A stretch of 64,000 nucleotides of DNA, taken from Dimorphilus gyrociliatus. Taxonomy: Eukaryota; Animalia; Annelida. The stretch is from the NCBI GenBank assembly GCA_904063045.1, contig CAJFCJ010000033.1, positions 124,001 through 188,000 on the forward strand, read 5' to 3'. Below are positions 13,110 through 27,738 of this stretch, in pieces. The notes beneath the pieces are model-generated. The model did no database searches. It saw nothing but the letters and a program-made list of their open reading frames with translations, and was not told where the DNA came from. The position numbers and the translations under genes are program-made. Position 1 is the first letter of the stretch. Each line of letters starts with the position of its first letter.

Positions 13110-15574
13110 ATGAGCCAAAAAAGTTTCACCTATTACAAATGGATAACATTTGTATCAATGTATTCTGGATACTTCCTATACATATTGGACAGGAAAGCTT
13201 TCGCTTTTTGTATGCCTGCAATCATGCAACAATTATCTTTCGGAGAAAATGAACTTGGTAAAGATTCTTTGAAGCCCGTCAAAATTAAACATAATCAATT
13301 ATATAATTAAGCTAAGAAAAGTTGATTTTTTACATTTTGAATTTGTTTAAAAAGAAGAAAAGAATAGCTTGAATTATAAAAGAATTGTAAAAAAAATTGT
13401 TTAATAATAGGTCTATTGGCAAGTTCGCAGAATATTGCTTATACGATAAGTAAATTCATTGGAGGAATCCTTGCGGATCGATATAGTTGCAGATGGCTGT
13501 TTGCTTTCGGCCTTTTCCTTAACGGCTTTATTATTGTCATGTTTACAGGTAAGAAATATGATATCTATTTTTACTCTTCTCAATTCAAAGTAACTTTTAA
13601 AGAATGAATCGACATACTAAGCTTTCTTTTTAATTTGCATCTATTTACATATATTTAATCAATATTAAAATTAATTTATTACTTTAAATATGTAATTTAT
13701 AAGTAAAATATCGAATTTACTTCCACTGGTAGAGATAGTTAATTAACAATGAGAGTGCTTGGTAGATTTCATGCATAAATTTGCATGTTAAAAAATTAAC
13801 TGAAAATGAATATTTATGAATGTTTTTATTCGTTAACAGCATTTGAAAATATTTACGTTCTAACGCTCATCATGTTTGTCAATGGTTTGGCTCAGGGTTT
13901 TGGTTGGCCTGCGGCTGCAAAAATGCTTAAAAATGTTTGTTTGTTAAAATTAATTCAAGAAAAGATAGACTAAACATCATATTTTGACAAACAAAATGTA
14001 TATATTTATATACAGAATGCGTTTATTAATAGACTAGTGGTTTTCATCAGTTATTAATTAAGTATAAACATATACACAGATAGTGTGTACCGTAGTTATG
14101 GTTACGTATTTTAACTATCTGTATAAATATTTTACATTTATTTTTAGTGGTTCTCGCCTACCGAACTCGGTACATGGTGGAGTATTTTGTCATCTTCAAT
14201 GAATATTGCATGCAGTGTAGGTCCTATAGTAGCAACATATCTCATCGGAATTTACGGATGGAAATCATTTTTCTATATTATTGGTATACGCATCTTATCT
14301 ATAATATTATCTTTAATCTTAAATCTTTCTCATTCCATTTAAGGTGTTTTCTCTGTTTTGTTAACGCTTTCAACAAAGTTTTCTCTGTTCGACAAACCCC
14401 AAGATTTTGGCTATAAGCCTATAGTTAAAGATCAAACTACAAAACAAGGAAGAGGCTCTTTCAAAGATTTACTAACAAATCGTTTAATGTGGATTGTTGG
14501 CTTCTGCTATATGAACATATTTTTAATTCGCACAGCTGTCCTAGATTGGGGCCAACTATTCTTTATACAAGATAAGAAACAATCGGCATTAGTTGGTGAG
14601 TTAAGTTGATTTTTTAACTAATTTACCGAATTCTTGTTAATTTAACTTTTTGTTTTAGCTAGTTCCTACGTCAGTTCTCTAGAGATCGGTGGATTTTTTG
14701 GTTCAATTGTTGCCGGATATGCTACCGACAAGGCCGTATCGGCATACGTAAGTAATGCAATAATAATAATATTCAATTGAGATTTTGTCGAGTTGGTTCG
14801 AAATCTATAACCTTTCCCCCTCTATTTCGTATTCGTATAAATAAGCCTATATATTTTCTCTTTTTCTCCTATACAATATTAATTCACCTTAATTCAGCTC
14901 ATCATTTCTCTCACATGATAGATAGGGCTTTGTGTAATTATGCATAACAAAGTTACGTACGTGATTATTTCAATCTTTCTTTCTTTCAGTTCAATTTTCC
15001 TTTTCTTTCTTTCAATTTTATTAATTAGCAAATTTCATTAAAGAAAATTAATGAAATGTCTTCACTCTTGCTCTCTTTCAGGGTAAATCAACGAAATTTG
15101 GAAGCACTAGAATGATTGCAACCCTAATTGGCTGGATTGGAACAATAACTTTCTTGCATTTGACAGTCTTTTTAGTAAATAAAGATTCTTCCCAACTGTT
15201 AATATGGACTTTGGGTCTTTTATTGGGAGCGGCTGTCTATTGTCCAATCAACTCATACGGTGTAGTTGTCATTGAAGCATCACCTTCGCATCTATCTGGA
15301 ACAGCTCATGCTCTTGTAGGATTTGCAGCAAACAGTAAGAAATTCCACATATAAATTATATATATATATATATATACTGTATACCTGTATATGTATTTTT
15401 ACAGTTGGAGGAGTAATGGCTGGCTTACCTTTAAGCTCGTACGCAAAGTATTACGCATGGACTGGATCTTTTATCTTGTTAGAAATTATCGGAGTTATTA
15501 CAATAATAATTTGCGCAATAGCTCTGAGAAATGTTAAATATTCAACTGTTAATATGAAGAAAAAGGATGAATAA
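13110..15574 (+). CDS. SLC37A4: Glucose-6-phosphate/phosphate exchanger (G6PT), MFS OPA family, about 8 exons
   Basis: YYKWITFVSMYSGYFLYILDRKAF, SSQNIAYTISKFIGGILAD, NGLAQGFGWP, WFSPTELGTWWSI, IRTAVLDWGQLFFIQDK, SPSHLSGTAHA and GLPLSSYAK match the SLC37A4 motif order. Confidence 0.93.
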
Positions 15575-16184
15575 ATAACAATAAATTTTATTAGGTATAT
15601 TTTGTTCTAATTAACTAATTAAAGAAAATATATGTCATTAATTAATTACACAAAGATGTGTTTTAATTTTTCGAAATGAATGTGTTTTGTTATTTTTATC
15701 TTATCAATAGGTAACATAGACAATATAGAACAAAAGTATCTAGTTAAGAAGGAAATAATAAAGAATATCTATCTATTAAGCGTAAAAGAGAAGCTAAGAA
15801 TATCGTCAACCTTACCAGATAATTTCTCCTTACTGTTTTGTTTAACGCAATTTAGATAAATCAGGATTTACGAGAATGTTAAATTTATTAAGTAAATTTA
15901 TTATATTATTGAGAATGAAAGCAGTCTAGAAAGAAAAAGGGAAAGAGAAAGAGAGAGAAGAAAATAGAAAGAGCCATAGAGAAAAAAGTAAAAAACATAA
16001 TAACGAGATTAATAATGAAAATTATGAAAGAGAGAATAAAATCTAAGCATATTACGCATATATACAGTACATATCCAGTATATATGTAATTGAGGACAGC
16101 AGTGAAGAAAAACGAATATATAAAGTCTAAAGAGATAACTTTCCCAATGATCTAATGAACAAACTTTAAAGAAAAACGTTTATT

Positions 16185-17158
16185 TTATCCTTTTAACTCT
16201 ATCATTTCACTCTCAGCAGCTTGATTTGGAATTCGAATTTGAGGTCTTCGCCTACTTTTCATAGATCGTATAGAGTTGAAAAAAGTCCTCCTAAATTCTG
16301 GCGATAGCGTAAACATTATGAAATAATTAAGTGTAAAACGAATTTGATATAGAACATGAAGAATGATAAACGGATAGTTATTATTAAAAGTCCAATTCTG
16401 TGGTATTATACCACTAGCTAAAATTCTCAGAAATATTACTGGCAAGCTAGTAAAAACGTGTGCGGAAGCAATAGCTACAACGCAATGAGTCAATTGAGAA
16501 CTAAATTTACCAACTTCACCATTTGTCTCCGGCTTGCTCTTATGAAAGTTGCGTACTTCCTTAATTATGCAAATACATAGAGTAATTAAAGTCATTGTAG
16601 CTATTAAACCGTTAAATATCATATCGAAAAAGTCTAATACCCAATAAATTTCTTCGTTATTCGGTCTGCAGAATGATTGACTTGTATTTCCAGTATCAAC
16701 ATTATTTAATAAAGTTGTGTTTATGTAAATGGCCGCAGCGAATAGAGCAACCAAAATGACAATTAATCTAGCCGCTGTTCTAGTTCTAAGTTTAATTGCA
16801 ATTTTCCAATTACGAAAGTACAGGATATAGTCAAAACACATAAGTGAAGCGTACCAAACCGTTAAGAAACCACAGATATTCATTGCGTAAGTTATAGGAA
16901 GGCAACCATATTCAGTTGACTTGGATCTTATACCGAACAATTCAGCCCAGGTCAACAAAGAAAGACAAGAGTATACTCCGTCGGCAACTGCTTGAGAAAT
17001 TATATACACCACTGTTGATTTATTACAAAGCTCTGCATTCCGTATTGTTACTATTAGTGCCACATTTGATATAAGGGAAGTGATGAATATTGCTGGCGTT
17101 AAGTATATACCCAATAAATGTTGCAGTCTGTATCCACTATCTGTTGCAGTGTCATTTG
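16185..17158 (-). CDS. Orphan rhodopsin-like (class A) GPCR; all 7 TM in one exon, upstream first exon not located
   Basis: Open 974-nt exon behind acceptor ttttcctacag (phase 1). It has seven hydrophobic segments, TM1 SN, TM2 AVAD, Cys at the top of TM3 and in ECL2, TM6 TSLP and helix 8 SPEFRRTF. Confidence 0.85.
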
Positions 17159-17432
17159 CTGTAGGAAAAACATTTAACTTTAAATCAAAGCTATTTTTCT
17201 CAATTAATAAGTATGGTAAAAGGAATGAAAATATTTATTCCTATAGATAATTGTTCCTTTTGCTTCCTTTATTTCCTATTCTCGTTCTCAATTTCTTCCC
17301 TTTACTAAGCGTACTTATATTTTAAAAGGCTTAAGCATAGTGACTTGAAACCTAATGATTTATAATCCCTAGCACTTTTAGAAATGTATAATTCTTAGAA
17401 GTTCGATGAAGAGTCAGCGGGCGATAGAGAGA

Positions 17433-17475
<43 letters not shown>

Positions 17476-18331
17476 GGGTAATCGGAATTTAAGCTTGAAG
17501 TTAAATAGAAAAAGTAGTCATATCATAAAAGATAGGCACAGATTACAAACATTAACAATTAATAGTACTCTCATTATATATGCTTCTTTTAATTCATAAA
17601 TAGCTTATTAATTTTAAGAATGCTTACTATAGTTTGCCATTATAACTTTTCTTTATCCGTTAAAGAAGAAATATCAAGTTCATTCTTTAGAGAATCTTCA
17701 TTCTGACATAATCCAGAAATTGATAAATTAGAAAAGACTTTTCAAATACACTATTCAATTTTGAAAAGACGAAGAGAGAAAAGGAATGAAAGATATAGAG
17801 ATAGGATACACAGTATTTGCAGATAGATAAATAGATAGATAGAAGAAAGAGATAAAAGAAAGTGTCTAGACAGTAATCTTAAAGATAACTGGAGACTAAC
17901 CGAAAAAAGTTAGCAATGATCTGGAAAGCCAGCAACTGAAAGAGAGAATGAGAGAGAGGCACTTTTCGTAACGCCATCAACCGGCGTTTATTGTCATTAT
18001 AATAGAGAGAGAGAGAGAGAGCGATAGATAGAGAGATAACTATGCAACGGAAGAACAAGATTAAGAAAATAAGGAATAAAGAATGAAGAAAGTGGATGAA
18101 ATGGATTTGATAAAATGTTTGATAATGAACTGTATTCAATTCATATAAATTCTTAATACTGTATACATAAAATGAAAGTTGAGTAAGGAATAAATACAAA
18201 ACATACAGTATATACTGTATATATATACTAATATATATATATATATATATATATATACTATGTAGTAAATATAGGAAAAATACAAGAGTTTCATCTGCAA
18301 ACATGGAAATAAACATTTTAATGACAGCTAA

Positions 18332-19011
18332 TTATAGCGGAGAAATAGTTTGATCGATTGGTTTCAATACAGGCTTCTTTGGGACGGGAGTTTTCATCAC
18401 TATTACATCAGATGCTCCGTAAACACTATTCTTTCTAAGTTTCTCATTATTTGCCATAGTAGGCGGTAAACGTTTGGGTCTCGGGTCGTCCTCTTTAATT
18501 AAAATATCGAAATCAGGAAGGGGCTTCATAAATCCAATCTTACCAATTAGCCAGTATGTTGTCATATTACCCTTTCCCTGTTTAAAAGTATAGTATAGAT
18601 ATATAAATGGAGACCAAACAAAACAAAAATACTATTTCGAGTTGGACATTAATTGCCATTGAAACTCGAGCAGAATCTTAATTTGAATGGGACGGGACGT
18701 CTCTTTTCAAACTGAGAGAAATTACTATAAATTCTCTATTTTACTAGATAAATATTAAAATATTCTTCTCAGAGATAATCAATTGCATTTGAATGAATCT
18801 AAATTAAAAATCTTATAGTTCTCTTCTAAAGGAAAAATAATTCGTTAAAAAACTCGGACGAAAAGCTTCCTTTCTTTTCTCTTTTGTTTATTCTACACTA
18901 ATTAAGGGAAATAATATATACAATATATGACACCGATAAAAGCAATAGAGATCTTTGAAGAAAACTGTTAAATAATTCATTGCATAAATGTTAAGAGGGT
19001 AAAATATTGTA

Positions 19012-19055
<44 letters not shown>

Positions 19056-19207
19056 GTGATTTTTCAGCTATTTACATACATTTAGCTTGTTTAATTTGAT
19101 AATTTTCTTAATGTTATTATAACCTATAATTGAATTTATACTCTATAACTGATGATTAAATTTTCTACAAAAAAGATTCGTTAGCTTGGACGCTAGAGAT
19201 TGTTTCC

Positions 19208-19241
<34 letters not shown>

Positions 19242-22200
19242 CATTTTTATATGTTAATATTGACTATCTTGCTAATATTTTCAACTTACCTTAACTTCTA
19301 TACCTCCTCTTTCAGCCATTAAATAACCATCGAATAGGCTTAGACCTTTGAATGTACTTTTACTTAGATGGATTCTTAATGCTTGTAGAACAATATGTTT
19401 CAATATACATATATATATATATACTTTTTGTATTAGTTACTTACGTAGTCCGTTGCTTTCCATTCGACTCGCTGTGTTGACTGTATCTCCGAATAGACAA
19501 TACCTAGGCATTGTCTTTCCAACTACTCCAGCTACGGCACTACCACTATGAAGACCTATCAATTTGCATTTACTTATTTACAAATAAGAAGCAAAACAAA
19601 GCAAGAGAAAAAAATAATACATTTGTTTACTAAAAGACTCTTTTCATATTCACAACAAAAGTATGCCTCTGTTATTAATTTAGCTTAATATTTGTCAGAA
19701 ATAGGGGAAAAGTACGGTCGGCGGGAGTTAGGAAGGAAGGAAGGGAGAGAGATAGGGAGAGAGGGAGGGACGAAGAGATAGAGATAGAGAGAGAGAGAGA
19801 GTGAAAAAAGAAGGATTTAATAATGATCATTGACTTTTTGTACGTAATCTTTCCCTTGCCCTATCTTTATAAATTTACAAAATAGATGAAAGCATACCAA
19901 TTCTAATTTGTATTTTATAGTCAGGCAAATGAGGAACTTTAAACGATAAGATACCACTGAGAAGATCTAAAGCGCAGTTTGCGATCTCTGTACAATGTTT
20001 TTCACCGTTTCTCCTCGGTAATCCGCTTACTAACATGTAAGCATCTCCAATAGTTTCAACCTAAATTTTTGTAAAAAGAAACCTTTTTAAATACTGTTAA
20101 TCATAGTTTTTTATAAGATTATACACTATCGGCAACATTATTATACATTAATACAATAAATATATAAACAGTATATACTGTACATTAGACGCTAAAGATA
20201 AAAGTTAATATAACAGTAGGGTAGAGTGGTAAGGGTAGATACCATCAAAAGTTTCTGTGAACTTATTTATATACAGATACTGTATATTTATTAATGTCCT
20301 TCCAATAGCTAAATGTTGTTCATGACAGCTCTGAATGAAACCCTATTTCCTTCATTTCTCATTAAACTAATCGCGTAATATTCTTAGAATATTTTATAAA
20401 TTACGTTAATTCAGCATAATAATTAAAATTAATGAAGTTGTTATATCTTTGTACAAATGAATGAATCTATCGTAATAGACATATTTACTGTACGTAAATC
20501 ATTTTCTCTTACCTTATATACGTCGTGTACACTAATTGTTTGATCAAAAAGAGTGTAAAGAGCGTTCAATAAGTCGACAACTTGCATTGGTGAGCTTTTA
20601 GCAGCTAGATTTGTAAACTTAACAATATCTGAGAAATAGATTGTAACCGCTTCAAAACTCTCCGCTTGAATTCCTTTTCCATTTATTAATTCTTTAGCGA
20701 TTAGCCTAAGTAAAAGATGAAGCTAAATAAGTAAATGTCTATAAAGGTTAACGGTGAAAGGAAGAAGAAATTGGGAAGATGTAAGAAGATGGAATAGTAT
20801 GAATAATTTTGTAGCAAATAGAAATTTTTATAATATACTCAGGTAGCATCCTGTTAAGCAGCTCGAGCGACCTTTTCTTTTCCGCTTCTATCTGCTCACT
20901 CTTTTCACCGACAATCTTTTCTAATTGTTCCGATTGCTTCTCCAGCATTTTAGCCATATTATCAACAACATTTTTAGAACGATGGGGATTTATAATAGCC
21001 AAATTCTTTAATAGATTAGATGAACTCGGTCGCTTTTGATTATCGATTTGCCAAGTTTGTTTTATAAGATTTGATATTTGCGATTCGAGTGAACTGGACT
21101 CTTCTAAATCCTCCAACTTTGGACATAAATTACCATTAATAATCTCTTTAATAATCTCATTGTCATTTAGATCGTCGTATTCCTCGAAAGGGGAAGTTCT
21201 AGTGAATATCTCTTTAAATATTATACCGACGCTATAGATGTCACCTTCTGGCGATCTACCAGTTATTCTTGGTGGTGTAGAATCGTCGAAATCGGTATCA
21301 AGATGCTCAGGAGCAATCCAAAATAAGTCTAGCAAATGGTTTCAATATCAGCCATTGTTTATTTATATTATTTTATTATAAACAGTTATTGAATACTACC
21401 TGAAGTTGTCAGATTATGATCTTCTCCTTCTTTAAATTTCTCTAAGCCGTAATCTGTTAATTTACATAGCCATCTTCCATCGATAATGCAGTTTTTACTT
21501 GTTAATTTTCCATGGTACTTCAAAGGGCTTGTATGCAAGTACTTTAAGCCCTATTAAAGAAAATCAAACAAAAAAAAAATCCTTATTTAATATAGTCGTA
21601 AATGATGGAGAGGAAGAAGGGGAAGAAGTGAAAGTAGTAAGAAGAAGCATATGTAACTTACGCTTAGAATATCGTTAGCAAAAGAGAATTTAAATGTATC
21701 GTCTAGGAATATATCATCGTTCTCTAGAACATCTTTAAGACTTCCTTTCGTACCGAATTCCCATATTGCACAAACATTAGAAATATCGGTGGAAGCTCCA
21801 ATAAACGATGCCAAAAAATTCGACTTGAGTTCGGTCATCTAATAAATACATGTAGTTTTTATCCGGGTAAATAAGAATAGTTTAAGTGTACTGGTTTTGG
21901 ACGAACAGTTGAAGAGAAAGGACATTTACTGAAGAGGAAGAAGAAGAAGAAGTAGAGAAATAAGAGAGAAATTAGAATGTTAAATGAGATAAAACCTTTA
22001 TAAGGTTAAAAGAAAAGTCTAATATGTAAACATACGGAGCGCATTTCAATCTTCAAATCCCTGTCGATTTTGACACGTTGTTTTCTCAAGCTTTTAACTA
22101 CGACAATGCCTCCTCTATATTCAGCAGTTTTAATTGACACCTTAGTTTCAGGTGATGTCGAATGGTCTAGAGTGGAATTTGTGCATATTGACCCTTTAGA

Positions 22201-25200
22201 GATTATTGACGCATTCTGACTGGCTAAATCCTTTTTAATCTCTTTCAAATCGTCGAATCTAATTTTCCACGTCATATTTTCCAAATCTTTTTCCCTTTGA
22301 AAACGTCTACAGAGAACGTAAGCTATGGCTCCAATAATACAAGAAATCATAATTGCAGTCGGGGGAGTTATATATAAAGCCAAATCTGTTACAAATGAAT
22401 AAAATATTAAAATACACTAATTACTCTTATACTGTATACAGAATAAAGTATATTGTTTATATACTAATATACTGTATATGCAGTTCTTTACAATAAGTTA
22501 CATCTGACAATTTGACCTACTAACTGGGACAATTCTCATTTTGAAAGCCACAATCTGGAATATCTTGCGGTTTATTAGAAAGTCCAGCTGTTCCATCTCC
22601 CCAAATTATACTCGACAACGATTTCACGCTTGTTGTAATATTTGCACTCAATTTCTCTGGTATTAATTCAACGGCTTCCTCGAATATTCCATTGGATTTT
22701 AAATCAAAAAGTGTGAATCCTGGTTGCCTATCCCCATTATCCGATATATACACATCACCAGTCGACCAAAAATTATCTAAGGAATACAAAGGGATAGGGT
22801 TTAAAAAGGATAAATATGCATTATTAATGCTTAAATATATCCCCTGTTCTAAAAACGATGAGTAGATAAAGAAGTTAACCTGATTTTAATGGATAAAATC
22901 TATTTTTTACAATGGAGAATAATGATGTTCCACTTGTGGCTTGATTTTTATTCTGTAGCTCCTGATGAGCAGTTGCGAATAGAAGAAGAGCATCGTGCAG
23001 ATATAATGAATAGCTGTTACTCTATCCCCAAAAGAGAGTAATAGAAACATTTAACATATCACAAAGTATATATCAAGTCTTTCTCTAAAAAGGATTTATC
23101 ATTTTATTATATATGATGATTTTATCTCTATCTTCCCACCTCTCATTCCCTTTACGTCGGGTAAAAGAGATATCAAATCTTATAAGTTATATAGACGCCG
23201 ACACTTTCCGTCAGTCGATTTACAATTTAATAAAGAGTGTTTTTGTCGATAATCATCTTTCGTTTAGCATGCGATAAAGTCTGTCTACGATACAGTAGGA
23301 GACAGAAAGAGAGAAAAAAGAAAGGAAATATATGCGAAAAAATGCATTGCACAATATAATACAATAGAAAGAAGAGAGAATGAAAGATAGAATTACTAAG
23401 AATCGCATCTTCAGATGGATAGACGATAGAGATGAGCCAAAACTATGGCAATAGCTTTACGCACGATAGATTTTGAGATTTCAGTTTAGTCTGTCATATT
23501 TGAAAAACACTTTATAAGAGTGAGTTTGCATTGACAAACTATAGTAATTCTATACAACTACAGTATATAATTATAGAATACAGTAAGTAGATGTTAATAT
23601 GTATCTGATATTGCTAAAGACTCTCTCTCTCTCTCTCTCTCTCTCTTATTCTTTATCTCTTGATGCCTTCATACCTTTTTAAACTGTACTCCAAATTTAT
23701 TCAAATATCCACTCTTCGTGGCCGCCTCGTCAGCTTTTGTTAAGAAACTTTCAACTTCTTTCTTCATTAAAGACTTCATACAGAACTGGAAAGAATTCTT
23801 AATTTTAATTATGAATGAAATAGTATTTTAAAGCCAACCATTAGGAGATTATTAAAGGCATTTCTTGCCAGACTATCAGATCCGTCGTTCCCTTTCCAGA
23901 TATTTTCTGACGTTAATTCATTAATATATACCGGATCTGGAATGTGGGTGGTTGTATATACAAATACATATTCTCCACCTTCCATATTATTTTCAACAGA
24001 TCTTAGCATCCATTTACGCAATTGATGCGAAGGTACACATAATATGATTACTGTATTAAAATATTTGATTATATCTCTTTTTTATGAAAAAATTAATTAA
24101 AACAATGATGCTAATTACTTCGTGCTTCAGACTTAATCTTAACTAAAATATTATCTATTTCATTCTCAGCTGGATTCAGATCAACATCCATTATCCATCT
24201 TGCTATACTCCCAGAAGCTTTATATATATCATTAATTGATCCGGCTAAGGTTCTATATTCGGCGGCGTTACTCGATACTAGGAATATGTGACTCCATCCT
24301 ATATAGGATAACATTTTGCGTAATCCAACTGCAACATAGTTGGTAGGCCCAAGCAGTCGTACTAGAGTTGTAAATACAGACTTTTTGGAGAGATCTGGAC
24401 TAGGCGAAAAGAATCCAAAAATTGGAATATCTCTATAAGAAGCTAATTCAGCTGTAGGCTTCATCGCTGTTGTGATTAATTAGATTTAAAAAACACAAAG
24501 AGAGATAAGGAGAAAAAGCAATATTGGACACATAAAAATCTATTCAGTTGAAGATAAGCCTCAAGTAGAATTAATAAAGATTAATCCAACTAGCGAGATA
24601 GATACAATGGTATAGAATACAATTTGCCCTCTTAATTTGTTCCCAGCTTCCTTTTTCATATCATTTTTATTCTATATTTTAACAGTTTACTCTCAAAACC
24701 AATTATTTTTGAACAATAGAGTATGATAAGAAGAAAGGAGAGGGCCAAAATTTTTTGATAAGAATAGATTAGGAAGGAGAAATCCTTTAGAATACAGTAA
24801 AAAGAAAAGAAAATACTTTAATGAGTTTCTGTCGGAGAGAAAGAAAGATTGGCCTACAATTGTGGCAAACATATGATTAGCAGTTGAAATAAAATTAAGT
24901 GTATATGGAGGAGGAGGAGGAGGAGATGATGAAGATCATGATCTATCGCTCTCTCTCTCTCTCTCTCTCTCTGCCTCGCTCGCTCGCTCTTACATCGAAT
25001 TCTATAAATAAACGCTTGGTGAGAAGAGAAAAGATTTTAAATAAAAGCTCTTACTCTTTAAAATATATACAGCTTAATCATATATTAAATTCTGCTCATA
25101 ACCAGGCAATCCTCTTAAAGATATATCATTCTTTTTTCAGTCATAAGGAAACAATACTGTTTTCTATCTATAAATCGTCTGTATAGACTTATTAATATTC

Positions 25201-25997
25201 ATGAAACATCTAATTAAATTTCTTTTTAAAAATGTTAAAAATAAATTTGTTTTTTTTCGTGACATGTATACAATAACAAGAGTTTTAGATAAGAACCAAT
25301 TTGAGAAAAACAGAGAGAGAGAGAGAGAGAGAGAGCAGAAGAGATATAAGAGAAGCTTCATAGGTAGCTGGTATTCGTATATGCGTATCTACATTTGCCG
25401 CTGAGGTAGAAGGGCAGTGTAAGTAAGAGAGGAGGGGGAGGGGGCAGAGAGAGAGGAAGAAAAGAGGGATAACCTGAACATAAATATCTCGTTAAGACTA
25501 TTTACCCTCAGAACACGCTGGACCCATAATTAAAGAATATTTCGATTGTTCCATCAGCTCGTATAGAGCTGATATAGAACCTCCTTTTGAACATTTTGAA
25601 TCCTTCCATTCTATTCTGAATGAATTAAAAAAATATTATTGGATTATTTAAATATAAAGATTATTATATAGTTAATACGTCATATATACACCTTATATTA
25701 TGGATTATCGATTTTCATAAAAGAAGAAAAAAAATATATACAGTATATATATTTACAGTAAAAACGCTGTACATATTGCATATTTTATCAGATAATCCAT
25801 GGATTAAATAAAAAGTATTACTCGAAGGAATAACTCTTATTAATTTTTTCAATAGCCAGCTCCAAAGCTCCGATACTGGATCCTATCGTGGGAATATCTT
25901 GACCTTCTTCCGGCAACAATAATGCTACTTTGATTCCATTTACAAGTTGAATTAATTCTCCAGTAAGAAAGAGAACGTACAAAATGTGAGTAAGCAT
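18332..25997 (-). CDS. Receptor-type guanylyl cyclase 1 (signal peptide, ANF-receptor ectodomain, TM, kinase-homology domain, cyclase domain)
   Basis: Signal peptide [96 protein letters not shown], cyclase [13 protein letters not shown]|[31 protein letters not shown]. The Glu and Cys specificity residues indicate GTP use. Confidence 0.95.
19017..19052. repeat. (TA)n microsatellite; representative of many intronic (TA)n tracts
   Basis: Direct reading of the dinucleotide run. Confidence 0.9.
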
Positions 25998-26635
25998 ATT
26001 TCCAAAGATTCTCTTGATAAACTTGATAGGCGACGGGAGAGAAATGGGCTGCTAAACAGATGAATAAAAGGAGAACTAATACACAATAGAGACCAGCGAA
26101 GTTTCGTAAGGCTAATAGAGACAAGATGTATTCAATTGAAGAAGAAAAAGACTCACTTTTGAGGGAAGATTCGTAGGTAGGAGAGGTAGGTAGAAAAATG
26201 GATGGACGGACTCAGAGGGAGAGAGAGAGAGGAGAGAGAGACAGACAAACAGACAGACGAATAGATATAGAAACAGAGGGAAGAAAGGAGGAGAGAGAGA
26301 TATTCTCAAGGAATAATAATGCTTAAAAGAAAGACTAGTCGAAGCGATTTCGATTTGAAAAATAAGTCGATTATGTTTGTTAAATGTGCTGTAGTTAATG
26401 GTGAGAAAAATCTTATTGACTATTGGCCTTAATTATACGGTTCCAGAATAAATATTTAACTTTCTCTATGTTATTTCAACATTAAATATAAAATCTATTT
26501 TAAACAGTTGCCACCAGTTTACTCTTCTGTATTACCTTGTCATTTATATTTTTAATATCTTTCTCTATTTTTTCTACTAATTAACTATGACTTATTAATA
26601 TCATTCCCAGAAGGAAACCAACACAATCTATCTAT

Positions 26636-26668
<33 letters not shown>

Positions 26669-26984
26669 ATCTGTAGTTTATGTAGTATATTTCTTTATTC
26701 TATAAAAGAAAGCTGCTAAATGAATTATATACTAAAGCCTATACCGGATGTTCTAAGCCTAGTAAATGTATAATAGTTTTTTTTTCTCATCTTTCAAGTA
26801 ACTATCTCGAAATATCAACTGATAAATATTCATGAAAAGTATGCAAATAAAAAACGTACTTTTATTAAGTGATAAATTTAAAAAGTACAGATAATATATG
26901 AAATCTTAAGAAATCTTGGTCTATATAAATTTTATACAGTATATATATATATATGTAGATATGTATTGACTAGCTTATTATACA

Positions 26985-27022
<38 letters not shown>

Positions 27023-27738
27023 CTAAGTCTTTCATGTAGGCATAAATTTGATACTGAACGGTACAAGACATATATTTAATACCAATCATAGTTACTTAAA
27101 TTTAAATATATATATAACATTAAAACAAAGGGTAAAACAAGGTTTGCTTCATTTTTCAATGAAATGAACATGATACATCTTCAAAGTTCTAGGATTGCTT
27201 TTTGAATTTATGACGTATACGTTTAGATAAAACAATAAAAAGCATTTGATACTTTAATTAAATCAGATTTTTTAACAGTACTTTTAATTATCATAAAATT
27301 ACATTAATTTTATCTTATTCTAAACGTTAAACTTGTATTCTCTTAACGTTTTCTATGTATAACGTATGAAGAAATTCCTAATTTACTTTCTATCATTCTT
27401 TTTCCCTTTTATCTTCTCTCTATGTAGTGTATATATCTTTATCTTCATTTTTTGTTTTCTTTTGACAATCCTAAATCTTCTTCTTCATTCAATAAACAAA
27501 TGTTTAGAACATGAGATAAATGCAAAATAAAAAAAATAATCGTAATAAACAATATAAAAAAAAATTAGTTTTCAAGAAGAAAAGATGATAAATATGAATG
27601 TCTTTTTTTTATATCCTGCATTATATTTACATAACTATATATACACACTATAGTATGTATATATACTTATATAAAGGCTCTAATTTACGCTCTAATTGAT
27701 TTATGTACCATTGAAAATGTAATAGAAAATTACTGATA

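Noticed and set aside
17879-18316. 145-aa minus-strand ORF (also 24899..25186, 25164..25404, 31751..32039, 42758..42946, 44021..44323)
   Set aside because: These are translations of AT-rich introns and microsatellites (IYIY, SLSL, RERE, FFFF runs), not coding sequence.
23035-23670. GC-richer blocks in a guanylyl cyclase 1 intron as alternative exons
   Set aside because: All frames close quickly, and the flanking exons already join in frame.
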